From contig JBHIAH010000001.1 of assembly GCA_046758505.1 (NCBI GenBank), positions 1-64,000 of the forward strand: 64,000 nt of DNA. The letters are read 5' to 3'. Numbering within the stretch: the stretch's first letter is position 1; each line of letters opens with the position of its first letter. This document shows positions 1 through 9,200 of this stretch, one piece after another. Position numbers and translations under genes: made by a program. The notes beneath the pieces were generated by a model. The model searched no databases and had not been told where the DNA came from. It worked only from the letters and a program-made list of their open reading frames with translations. The DNA comes from Candidatus Methylomirabilales bacterium. GTDB taxonomy: Bacteria; Methylomirabilota; Methylomirabilia; Methylomirabilales; CSP1-5.

Positions 1-1
1 C

Positions 2-91
2 AAGCCGTCCAAGTGTCCGGTGTGCAGGAGTCAGCGCTTGGACCCACCGCGCTTCGTCATCCTCACAGAAGGACCACACGACCGTCGCTGA
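2..91 (+). CDS. C-terminal fragment of a probable HTH/Zn-ribbon transcriptional regulator (COG3357-like), truncated by the window edge
   Basis: Frame 2 reads KPSKCPVCRSQRLDPPRFVILTEGPHDRR*, which resembles the KPSRCPxCKSExIExPRF C-terminus of that family. Confidence 0.55.
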   Translation, partial: KPSKCPVCRSQRLDPPRFVILTEGPHDRR

Positions 92-122
92 TGGAAATTG
101 GGGAAAGGAAGGGTGACGGAGT

Positions 123-145
123 GTCAAGATTCAAGACGCGACCCC
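123..145. repeat. REP-like repeat TGTCAAGATTCAAGAC...ACCCC, copy 1
   Basis: The 16-mer tgtcaagattcaagac recurs at 363-378. Confidence 0.6.
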
Positions 146-157
146 CAACTCTCTCTC

Positions 158-274
158 TTAGTGATGCTTCTTCTTTCTGGTGGACTTTGTCTTGTCCCGC
201 TGTACCGGCTTGCCAGGTGCTCGGGGCAACCGCACTCGCCAAATCTTCTTTCGTGGCTTCTGTAGCTTCCCCAC
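158..274 (-). CDS. Possible 38-aa very basic peptide
   Basis: GTG start after GAGAGG; reads MGKLQKPRKKIWRVRLPRAPGKPVQRDKTKSTRKKKHH. Confidence 0.35.
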   Translation of the reverse strand: MGKLQKPRKKIWRVRLPRAPGKPVQRDKTKSTRKKKHH

Positions 275-362
275 GAGAACTGTACGCCTCTCTCTGCCGG
301 CCCTAGGAGGACGAGCCAACCCAGCATCAGGCCCCCTGCCGTTCAACGCATTCCAATGGCGA

Positions 363-429
363 TGTCAAGATTCAAGACCTGACATTACGTCCTGTTCCCT
401 CTAAATAGCAAATCGCAAGCCTGACCCCC
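363..429. repeat. REP-like repeats: copy 2 (363-383) and a related element (403-429)
   Basis: 363-378 is identical to 123-138; the reverse complement of 403-429 matches 9747-9773 at 25 of 27 positions. Confidence 0.6.
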
Positions 430-495
430 ACCCCACCCTCGAGGGTTGAGTGATTGCATCCGCCCAAGTCGGCCCTTGATTCACCTCTCCTCCAC

Positions 496-726
496 TCAGG
501 AGACTTGATAGACGTTCCCGACCGAGGGTGGCGCGATGGCCTTCTGCGCGAATTCCTCCCGCACCCGTTCCAAGTGTCGCACCACCTCGGAGGAATAGTA
601 CTCCTCCCCACACTGTTGACAGACCTCTGCCTCGACCGGAACCAGGAGACGATCGCTTCCCACCTTAATTTCTGCCTGGACGGAAGCCGGCTTCACTTCG
701 CCGGTCTTGCAAATCACACATTTCAT
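496..726 (-). CDS. YgiT-type zinc-finger protein (MqsA N-terminal-like antitoxin)
   Basis: MKCVIC...VCQQCGEEYY two CxxC pairs; start overlaps the upstream stop (TAATG); RBS GGAGGG. Confidence 0.85.
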   Translation of the reverse strand: MKCVICKTGEVKPASVQAEIKVGSDRLLVPVEAEVCQQCGEEYYSSEVVRHLERVREEFAQKAIAPPSVGNVYQVS

Positions 727-1043
727 TACACCCTCCGTTGTCTGAATTCCGCGTTCCATCGGGCGGGATCCGGCTGATACGTGGTGATGATTATCAGCCG
801 CCCCTCGGCTGAAACCGGGGCGCAGACGATATGAAGTGGCCTCCCATCGGCAGTCCGTCCCAAGACCAGAGAACTCGGGTATGGTTGGTCCTGCGGGTAT
901 TCCTCAATGATCTCTCCTGTCTCCAAAGCTTGTAAGACATCATCCACCCTAATGATCCCGAGCGGTTCCGCCTCCATCTCTCGCCTGGCGTGCTCGCTAA
1001 AGCGGCAATCCGCCAGGCATCGGCGGATCTCCCGGTACTCCAC
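726..1043 (-). CDS. DUF4258 family protein (putative RNase toxin)
   Basis: FSEHARREM, GEIIEEYPQDQPYPSSLVLG, RPLHIVCA, IITTYQPDP motifs; paired with the YgiT finger. Confidence 0.85.
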   Translation of the reverse strand: MEYREIRRCLADCRFSEHARREMEAEPLGIIRVDDVLQALETGEIIEEYPQDQPYPSSLVLGRTADGRPLHIVCAPVSAEGRLIIITTYQPDPARWNAEFRQRRV

Positions 1044-1110
1044 TATTTCTCCAAGTCAAAAGCGCTAAGCAAACCGCAACTCCGAAAAGAGAAATGCAGC
1101 AGGGGCTTCA

Positions 1111-1398
1111 CTAGGGCACTGCCTCCCTGAGCACGCGGTCACGGATGCGCTCTCGCAGGCCCTTCTCCGTTACAACCTCCACCCTGCGCCCGAGGAGCTC
1201 ATTGAGCTCCGACCACAGGCCCCCAAGATCCAGCAAACTCCGGCCTGGTTCCAAATCAACCAGAAGGTCAATATCGCTTGCCTCGTCCGCCTCGCCGCGT
1301 GCAACTGAGCCAAAGACCCGCACGTTCCGCGCACCGTGCTTGCTGGCTATCCGGAGGATTTCCTCCCGCTTGGCCTTCAGTAGCCCGTCAACCGCCAC
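1111..1398 (-). CDS. Minimal nucleotidyltransferase (MntA-type antitoxin)
   Basis: [23 protein letters not shown], the GS...DxD motif; 95 aa. Confidence 0.9.
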   Translation of the reverse strand: MAVDGLLKAKREEILRIASKHGARNVRVFGSVARGEADEASDIDLLVDLEPGRSLLDLGGLWSELNELLGRRVEVVTEKGLRERIRDRVLREAVP

Positions 1399-1472
1399 CG
1401 TCCAACCCCCTATATTCTTTGCGCCATCGTACAGTCCTTTAACGACATTATAGGTACTCGGTGCTGATCAGC

Positions 1473-1512
1473 AAAAACAAAAAACGCCGGGGAGCGTCAC
1501 AAGCCCTCCCGG
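1473..1512 (-). terminator. Intrinsic terminator downstream of hicAB
   Basis: Minus strand CCGGGAG...CTCCCCGG hairpin followed by CGTTTTTTGTTTTT. Confidence 0.55.
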
Positions 1513-1590
1513 TGCCCCCACCCTAGCGGCTCAGAGGATACTAGTAACTTCTCAAATAATCTAGCCTTTTTCGTCCCCCTGTGTCAATGC

Positions 1591-1654
1591 CGAGCGGAGA
1601 GTCGAGAGTCCGTAGGTAGTCGAGAGCCGAGTGGTGAGAGTTGAGGGTCCAGGG
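1591..1654. repeat. Degenerate heptamer tandem repeat, left of hicAB
   Basis: GAGAGTC-like units; the 17-mer ggtgagagttgagggtc (1633-1649) is identical to 2660-2676. Confidence 0.6.
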
Positions 1655-1704
1655 ATAGCCTACCTACCGGAAGGCGGTAAAGCCGCTCCCCCCCATGGCA
1701 ACCT

Positions 1705-2052
1705 CTACGTTTTTGCCCTGGAGAGCTTGTACACAATGTGCTGATTGAGTGATCTCCCCTGTACCTTTGCCTCGAATACAAGCTCCTTATGCAGTTCGGG
1801 CGGCATGCGCAACGCAAATTTCCCGCTGACGCGCTTCTCATCAAGGGGCGTGGGGATTTCGATCTTGTTTGCCTTGGCGGCCGCCAGCCAGGCCGCAGCC
1901 GCCTCCTTGACAGCCTTGATAGCCGCGGACTCTGACTTTCCCCAGGCAGAACATCCGCGCAGCTCTGGAACGACGGCGATACACCCCCCGTCCTCCTTGC
2001 TATAGCGGACGACGATCCGATAGGTAAACGGCTCTCGCACCTTGGTACGCAT
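1705..2052 (-). CDS. hicB: HicB family antitoxin with C-terminal ribbon-helix-helix
   Basis: VPELRGCSAWGKS..AI..VKEA and SGKFALRMPPELH...RSLNQ. Confidence 0.9.
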   Translation of the reverse strand: MRTKVREPFTYRIVVRYSKEDGGCIAVVPELRGCSAWGKSESAAIKAVKEAAAAWLAAAKANKIEIPTPLDEKRVSGKFALRMPPELHKELVFEAKVQGRSLNQHIVYKLSRAKT

Positions 2053-2106
2053 TCAGTTTCACCCCTTTCACAAATATCGAGCATGTGGTCCGACCAGCAC
2101 CACGTC

Positions 2107-2360
2107 TCACGGCAAAAGCTGGAACTCTTCGATACACCGTAATAGCTGCCTCACCTGGTACGCTTTTTCCTCTCCTTTCACCTTCTGAAGATTCATCAGG
2201 GGCTTGTGGCGGTCATGGATAAAGATGTGATGGCTCCCCTCCACTCGATCCAAGCGGAATCCCACCCCCTCTGCCAATGCGCATGCTTCACTGAACCTCA
2301 AGCCAGCAGGTTTTCTGCGAGCTTTCTCGTAGAGGTCCTTGATGCGCTCTTTTTCCCCAT
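2107..2360 (-). pseudogene. hicA: HicA family toxin, apparently frameshifted in an A5 run right after the ATG
   Basis: GSHHIF and KAYQVRQLL motifs; the HicA-like frame extends upstream of the TTG at 2301, but the ATG at 2360 is out of frame by one base. Confidence 0.65.
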
Positions 2361-2393
2361 TCCGTCATTCTTCGCTCTGTTAACCCTGCAGGG

Positions 2394-2415
2394 ATGATAT
2401 CGCATATGATATCAT
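2394..2415. promoter_or_regulatory. Inverted repeat, likely HicB operator
   Basis: ATGATATC-N6-GATATCAT perfect inverted repeat just upstream of hicA. Confidence 0.65.
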
Positions 2416-2585
2416 TTCTGCCAAGCAAAAAAATAGAGGCAGCAGGGCTGCCCTAATCTCTTTCTTCGATCCTCCAGCCGACCCGGGCTCTCAAGAGCGC
2501 GAAATGACAGAGCTAGGAGTCACGTCTGCTCTTGACTCATCTTTCGTCGCCACGCTCTCAGCCCCTCCCGGAGGGAAGCGGAGAG

Positions 2586-2710
2586 CCATTCGACTGTCCC
2601 TTTGATAGACTCAGGACTAGGCTCAGGGCGAGCGGAGAGTGGAGGGCTGAGTGTCAAGGGGTGAGAGTTGAGGGTCTAGAGTTCACCGTCCGAAGTCCGA
2701 TGTCCGAAAT
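2586..2710. repeat. CCCTTCGAC-AGGCTCAGGGCGAGCGG-type repeat remnant plus heptamer repeat tract
   Basis: ccctttgatagactcaggactaggctcagggcgagcgga, followed by GAGAGT/GAGGGTC and GTCCGA units. Confidence 0.5.
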
Positions 2711-2888
2711 CAAAGAGCGACGAGCCACATGTTACGTACAGTATGCGAATTCAGTGGCCGAAGGGACGGATCTGCTCTTGACTCATCTCGCGTCGGAGTC
2801 TGGACACTCGGCCCGCATCAGGCAAGGATGGCGTGGAGCGCCGCCTTCAGTTCGGGATCGCCTAGAAGACGACGATCGCGTACCCAGC

Positions 2889-3380
2889 CTAGCGGGAACG
2901 CCGTGGGAGGGAGCGGCGGAAGGCGCGGAGGTAGGTGAGGTAGCTCACGGCGAGGACGAGGGGCGAGGCGCCATCTTCGAGGGCCCGGAGATTGGCCTTG
3001 CCCTCGAGGTAGAGATAGAAGAGATAGAGGAGGACCCGCGCCCGGGGGACCTGGGAGGCCCCGATCCGCCCCAGGACGAGCGGGAGGAGCTGCCACGGGT
3101 GGGCTGCGAAATCCTGGAGGTGCGCGACCTCGTGCAGGAGGATAGAGGTCGCCCACCGCCGACCCCGCACATGCTGCCGCCAGACAAAGGTGTTACACAA
3201 GAGGAAGGACTCGATCCCAAGGCCGAGCGGTCCAGTGGGGACCGCACCCACATTGGGATAGATGGGGGCATACAGCACCGGGTAGCCGCGAAAGGTCCCC
3301 CTCCCGAATCGCGCCAGGACCTTGCCGCAGATCCCCCCCACTCGCCTGGCCACCGGAAACTTCTCTTCCCTCACCCCCAT
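2889..3380 (-). CDS. Hypothetical protein with zincin-like HExxH motif
   Basis: ILLHEVAHL with downstream LEGKAN; GGGAGG/GAGG upstream of the ATG. Confidence 0.55.
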   Translation of the reverse strand: MGVREEKFPVARRVGGICGKVLARFGRGTFRGYPVLYAPIYPNVGAVPTGPLGLGIESFLLCNTFVWRQHVRGRRWATSILLHEVAHLQDFAAHPWQLLPLVLGRIGASQVPRARVLLYLFYLYLEGKANLRALEDGASPLVLAVSYLTYLRAFRRSLPRRSR

Positions 3381-3560
3381 CCTCGTGACCTCCCTGCCGT
3401 CTTAGGTCCATGCTAGCAGACAGGCCCCCTGAAGACAACCGTTCCCCCGGCCCGGCCTCGCCTTTTTCGGGCCTGGATCACACGGGCGCCCCACGCGGGG
3501 CAAGCCTTGACGGTCCCGGGACGATTTGATACTGTCCCCCCTGCCTTACGCTCCAGGGGG

Positions 3561-3971
3561 ATGGGGATGCCGATGGTGGTGACCGCCGGGATCATTACGC
3601 GCGAGGGATGCATCCTCATCTGCCAGCGTCGGAAGGGGAGCTGGGGGGAATACAAGTGGGAGTTCCCCGGCGGGAAGGTGGAGGAGGGGGAGGAGCCAGC
3701 AGCGTCGCTATACAGGGAACTCATGGAGGAGCTCGCCATCGAGCCAGAGGTTGGACCGCTCCTCTACCGCCTGGAGCACCGCTATCCCGACCGCCAGGTG
3801 GAGCTCTACGTTTTTCACATTCCCCGCTGCATGGGGGAGCCCCGCAATCGGCAGTTCGAGAGCATCCGGTGGGTGCGGCGGGAGGAGCTTTTGCAATTCG
3901 ACTTTTTAGAGGCGGACCGCACCGTGATCGAGGCGTTAGCCGGCAGACGCCTCTTAGAGGAGGAACCGTGA
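3561..3971 (+). CDS. MutT-like Nudix hydrolase
   Basis: WEFPGGKVEEGE...RELMEEL Nudix box. Confidence 0.9.
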   Translation: MGMPMVVTAGIITREGCILICQRRKGSWGEYKWEFPGGKVEEGEEPAASLYRELMEELAIEPEVGPLLYRLEHRYPDRQVELYVFHIPRCMGEPRNRQFESIRWVRREELLQFDFLEADRTVIEALAGRRLLEEEP

Positions 3972-4660
3972 GGCGAGCGGGAATCGACCCGGCGCTCGAG
4001 CGGACCTTTCAGCGCCGCCTCCTCAGGTGGTTTCGATTCCGGGGACGGGATCTGCCCTGGCGGAAGACCCAGGACCCGTACCGCATTCTCGTGTCCGAGG
4101 TCATGCTCCAGCAAACCCAGGTGGAGCGGGTTCTGGGGTATTACGACAGGTTTCTCAAGCGGTACCCGACGGTAGAGGAGCTGGCGCAGGCGAAGCCGAG
4201 CCAGGTGCGCGAGGCGTGGGACGGGCTCGGCTATTATACCCGGGCGAGGAACCTTCACAAGACGGCCCGACAGGTGACCCGGCGCCACAGGGGCCGATTT
4301 CCCAGAACCTACGAGGAGGCACACGCCCTCCCGGGGGTCGGTCGCTCCACGGCGGGGGCCCTTTTGAGCTTCGCCTTCAACACCAAAACCCCCATCCTGG
4401 ATACCAACGTCAAGCGTCTCCTCTCCCGGGTCTTTCTCCAGCGGTCCTCCCCGACACCGGCCCAGACCGAGCGGCGCCTCTGGCGGCTCAGCGCCAGCCT
4501 GATCCCAAGCGGGAAGGCCTGGACATTCAACCAGGCGCTCATGGATTTTGGAGCGCTGGTCTGCACCGCGAAAAACCCCCGATGCGCGACCTGCTGCTTC
4601 ACCGACATCTGTCGGGCATACCCCAAATTCAGACGCCAAGGAGCGGGGCGGCGACCGTGA
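3968..4660 (+). CDS. mutY: A/G-specific adenine glycosylase, short form (230 aa)
   Basis: RDLPWR, SEVMLQQTQV, WDGLGYY, HhH LPGVGRSTA, DTNVKR, C-x6-C-x2-C-x5-C cluster; GTGA overlap with the Nudix gene. Confidence 0.9.
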   Translation: MRRAGIDPALERTFQRRLLRWFRFRGRDLPWRKTQDPYRILVSEVMLQQTQVERVLGYYDRFLKRYPTVEELAQAKPSQVREAWDGLGYYTRARNLHKTARQVTRRHRGRFPRTYEEAHALPGVGRSTAGALLSFAFNTKTPILDTNVKRLLSRVFLQRSSPTPAQTERRLWRLSASLIPSGKAWTFNQALMDFGALVCTAKNPRCATCCFTDICRAYPKFRRQGAGRRP

Positions 4661-5202
4661 AGATCTACACCAAGACCGGCGACAAGGGCAAAACCGGCCT
4701 CTCCGACGGCACGCGGGTCCCCAAACACGATCTCCGGGTCGAGGCCTACGGAGAGGTGGACGAGCTGAACGCGCTCCTGGGCACCGCCCGGGCCTTCCTC
4801 GACGATCGTGAGATCGGAGAGCTTCTCGCCTCCATCCAGCGGGATCTCTTCGCCATCGGGGCCCAGTTGGCCGATCCCAAATTCGGGGCGCGAGCACGAA
4901 AAGAGAAAGCCACACTGACCGAGGCCCGGGTGAAAGTGCTGGAAGAGACCATCGACCGATGCGAGACGGAACTCTCCCCCCTCAAGCATTTCATCCTGCC
5001 CGGCGGGAGTAAGACTGGGGCCCTCCTCCACCTGGGCCGTACCGTCTGTCGGCGGGCCGAGCGGCGGATCGTCGCCTTGCAAGAGGGGGGGGGAACGATC
5101 CCGCCCATCCTTGTCGTTTATATGAACCGCCTGTCCGACCTCCTCTTCGTCCTGGCGAGGCTCGTCAACCACCGCCAGGGGACGCAGGAGGTGCCCTGGT
5201 GA
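4657..5202 (+). CDS. PduO-type cob(I)alamin adenosyltransferase
   Basis: KIYTKTGDKGKTGL, YGEVDELN, FILPGG, RTVCRRAER, NRLSDLLF. Confidence 0.95.
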   Translation: MKIYTKTGDKGKTGLSDGTRVPKHDLRVEAYGEVDELNALLGTARAFLDDREIGELLASIQRDLFAIGAQLADPKFGARARKEKATLTEARVKVLEETIDRCETELSPLKHFILPGGSKTGALLHLGRTVCRRAERRIVALQEGGGTIPPILVVYMNRLSDLLFVLARLVNHRQGTQEVPW

Positions 5203-5885
5203 CCATGCTGCGGGCGATCATCTTCGACTTCGACGGCGTCATCGCCGATACCGAGCGATTCCACTTCCAGGCCCTGCAGCGCGTCCTCGAAGAGGTACGC
5301 ATCCCTCTCAGCTGGGAGGAGTACACCCAGACCTACCTGGCAATGGATGATAAGGATTGCTTTCACACCGCGCTCGCCCAGCACGGACGACCGGTGACGC
5401 CCGAGGTCATCGAGGAGCTCAGTGAACGAAAGGCAACGTATTTTTTCAGTGTCGCGGCCAGCTCCGTCGCCCTCTTCCCCGGGGTTGAAGGGATCATCCG
5501 CCAGGCCGCACAGAAGTATCCGCTGGCCATCGCGTCGGGGGCCCTCCGAGCGGAGATCGAATTTATCGCCGGAAAGGTCGGACTCCGGGAATGCTTCCAA
5601 GTGGTGGTCGCGGCCGAGGACGTGGTGAAGGGCAAGCCCGATCCCGAAGCCTACATCACCGCCCTGGCCAGGCTGAACAGATTGACCTCTGCCACACCCG
5701 TGAAACCGTCGGAGTGCCTGGTCATCGAGGATTCCCGCCATGGGGTGGCCGCCGCAACCTCCGCAGGGATGCGCTGCCTCGCTGTCGCGAACTCGTACCC
5801 GCCGGAGGCGCTCACCGCCGCCCATCTCGTGGTGAGGAGCCTTGAGCAGATCGACCTTCCACGGATCGAGGCCCTCTTTTGCTAG
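5199..5885 (+). CDS. HAD family phosphatase (subfamily IA)
   Basis: FDFDGVIADT, KPDPEAY, IEDS motifs. Confidence 0.9.
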   Translation: MTMLRAIIFDFDGVIADTERFHFQALQRVLEEVRIPLSWEEYTQTYLAMDDKDCFHTALAQHGRPVTPEVIEELSERKATYFFSVAASSVALFPGVEGIIRQAAQKYPLAIASGALRAEIEFIAGKVGLRECFQVVVAAEDVVKGKPDPEAYITALARLNRLTSATPVKPSECLVIEDSRHGVAAATSAGMRCLAVANSYPPEALTAAHLVVRSLEQIDLPRIEALFC

Positions 5886-5977
5886 CTCCCACCAGGCCAC
5901 CACCAGATGCGTCGGGCTTCGCCAAACCGATTTCGACGACCGGCCACCGGTGACAGACGATCGATGACCGCCTGTCG

Positions 5978-6063
5978 GGTTCATGGTTCACAGTTCATGG
6001 TTCATGGCAAAGCAGGAACCTTGGCCTCTGGACTCTGAACCATTAACCCTGAACCGCGAACGA
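5978..6063. repeat. Heptamer tandem repeats in inverted arrangement
   Basis: Four GGTTCAT-like units facing TGAACC-like units; could form a hairpin. Confidence 0.5.
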
Positions 6064-6217
6064 GGCTGTGAGCCTGGGTCGGGGGGAATTTTCTTGACCC
6101 TTCGGTAGATCTTCACTAGCATAGGGTCCCGTTTCCCCACGAACCCATGGTACTCTCGATCTCCACACAGTTGAGCACAGGCCACTTCACGACATTCCGA
6201 TCTTAGGAGGCCGGAGC

Positions 6218-9200
6218 ATGCACGAACGAGCCTTAACCGAGGTGGTGGCGGCCTTTGGGGGTGATACGTCCCAGGCCGAGGCAGCGATAGCCGAACGGTG
6301 GGAGGCAATGAAGCGGATCGATGCCGATGCCACCCGCGAGGCGGCGGCCGAACAGCTCGCCTGGGAATATGCTCCCCGGACGATCCAGCACGTCTTCCCG
6401 GGAGACAACTGGTACTTCATGATCAAGGCGGCCCAGTCCCAAGCCCACATCCTCCTCCTCGACCTCGAAGATGCAGTGGCCACGACCCGCAAGCACGTCG
6501 CCCGCACCGTCCTGACCCTCCTGATCCGGGCCCTCCGCGGCCAGGTCCTGATGAGTGACGAGGTGGAATTCCTCAAGGCCCACGCCCTGCCGGCGGGAAA
6601 GGCGGACCAGCTCGAGCAGCAATTTATCCGGGATGGGGCGCGTTTCCACATCAAGCCCGAGTGCCGTTTCCCCGAAGAGCAAATGGTGCTGGTCCGGCCC
6701 AACAATCTCCGCACCAAGTGGGCGGCCGGAGATTACTTCGAGGTGATCCGGAGGGTCGGGGATCTTATCGCGGGGATTTATCTGCCCAAGGTGGAGGAGC
6801 CCGAGGACGTGCGGACGGCTGTCCAGATCCTCCGGGCCCTGCAGCAGGCGCAAGGCTGGGTTACGGCAAGACACAAGGTCTTCGTCCTCACCGAGCTGCC
6901 CGGGGCCGTGCTCACCGCCCAAGAGATCCTGGCCGTGGCCCCCGACGTGGAGGAGGCCAACCTGGGCGTCGTCGACTACACCGCCGCCACCGGCGGCCGC
7001 AGCGTGGTCCAGCAGGAGCAGTACACCTACATGCGGTACCCGCTCCTGAGACTGGTCGAGGCTGCCCGAGCCACGGGCAAGGCGGCCGGGACAGGAATCA
7101 CCGTGAAGTTAAATGCAGACGACACCGAGATAGACACCGTCCGGGCCATCGCGCTCGGGATCCATCGGAAGTGGAGTGTCCATCCTGCGCACATCGAGGG
7201 AATCCTCCGCCACGCCGCGGAGTTTCCTCCCGTGCTCCGCAAGCGCATCCCCTTCCCCGAAATTCCTCCCTTCGACCTCGCGAAACTCGAACGACTGGCG
7301 CGGGAGGAAAAGCCGATCCTCCCCCCCCTCGTCTTCATCCCCCGTCCGGTGACCCTCTGTCGATCAGTGGTCGGGGTCGCGGGCCAGGATCTCGACGGAC
7401 TCCGGGCCGCCCTCACCTCGCCGGCCGACATGCTCATCGTGGATGTCACAGGAATGCTGGGCCCTGATGGACAGGAGTCCCGGCACAAGCTGGCTCAGCT
7501 CGTGAAACAGGCGGACCGCCCCCCTCAGGTGTTGGCGATTCGCATGGACCCCGAAAAGCTCGAAGCGGCCCAGGAACTTCAGGATCTGCTCCGGCTCCTG
7601 AACGGTTGTGTCCAGGCCCTCGTCCTGCCTGCCGTCGATCACCCCCGCGCTGTCCGACATGCGGCCGGCCTCCTCAGCGGGCTCGAGCGGGAGGTCGGCC
7701 TCCCCATCGGCTCCCTTGCCCTGGGGGCCCGGATCACCAAGCCGGAGGCTGTCGAACGGGAAGCCTACGCCATTGCCACCGCCAGCCGGCGGATGATGTG
7801 GATCTTCCTCGATCTGGAAGGGGAGCAGCCGAAGGAAGAATTATCCGACCCCAAGACCAAAGGATTTTATTACTATCGGTCGGCCCTCGTGGCCGCCACT
7901 GCGGCGGCAGATATCGACGCCGTAGATCGGATGAGCGACGCCCCGCACCTGGAACAGGAGTCCCTCTTCGCCGCCAATTTGGGGTTCCACGGGAAAGTCG
8001 TGACGCCGGATCAGGCGGAGCGCGTCAACGCCATCATGAATCCCCCGCGTGCCGGCGAGAGGCCCACCCAACCCAAAGGGCCGGCGGCCGAGGCGTTCAA
8101 CGCACGCTGGATCAACTCCGTGGAGCGAGCCCTCGAGATCCTGGAGCTGTACGCGACTGCCGATCAAGAGCGGAATCTGGGCGCGGTCGCGTACAACGAC
8201 CCGGTCACCGGCCAGGCCGAGCTCGTGGATGCGGCAACCGCACGCATCTACTACCGGCAACTGGAGCGCGCGCTCAAGGCTGCGCACCTCACCGAGAACG
8301 AGGCAGAGCGGTATGTGGGTGCCCGGGAACGCCTTCTGCTGGCGCTGAGGCCGGGGGGGATGGAACAGGTCGGCGAGGCGGCCTTCCCGGGAGAAAAACT
8401 GCAGGGGAATGCTATCATCGTGCGTCCCTGGATGGTGCAGGCATTTGCCAAGGCCTCGGGCGACCGGAACCGCTACCATCTGGACCGGGCGTATGCGGAG
8501 CAGTCCAGGTTTCGCGGGCTGGTGGCCCACGGATTGTTCACGCTCTGCCACACCCTGGCGAGCCTGGGCCGCAGGCTACCCGCCTATGCCGTAAAGTCCC
8601 TCGAGGTCCACTTCCGGGCGCCGGTCTATTTCGGAGATAGCATCACCCCGCTGGCGCAAGTGCAGGACGTTCTGGATGGGGGAAGGACGGTGCTCCGGCT
8701 GAGCACCGTCAACCAGGAGGGGAAGGTCGTCTGCGAGGGGAACGCCACCCTGAAGCGCGAGAAGGCGGCAGAACTTCAGGCCGCGCCTCCCGATGAGCTC
8801 ACCTGGGTCCGGAAGTGGGCCCAGGATGTGACCCCCTCGGTCCCCGACGCTGTGTACGATTTCACCGACCCGTCGACTCCGCGCCAGCAGGCGTTCGCCA
8901 AAACGATCACCCCCGACCTGGTGCGGGCGACCCACGCCCTGTTCGGCCCCCTGTATCCGCACCAGGTGAGTCCGCTCCTGGGCCTGGGAGCGATGGCGAT
9001 GACTTCGGCCGAGAGCTCACCGGGCCACCTGCTGCTCACGGTAAGGGTCTCTCAGTTCGGTGGACCGATCGAGGCCACAGAACAGCTCAGGCTGTCGGCC
9101 ACGGCCCCGCCACCCGAGACGATCCGGCGCTCTCAGAAGGGGAAAGGGGCTCCGATCGTCCCACTCGAGATCATGGTGAATAATCAGCGTGGAGGAGCTG

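Noticed and set aside
1591..6063. CRISPR array in the repeat-rich spacers
   Set aside because: The repeats are degenerate heptamers without a repeat-spacer period, and no cas genes are present.
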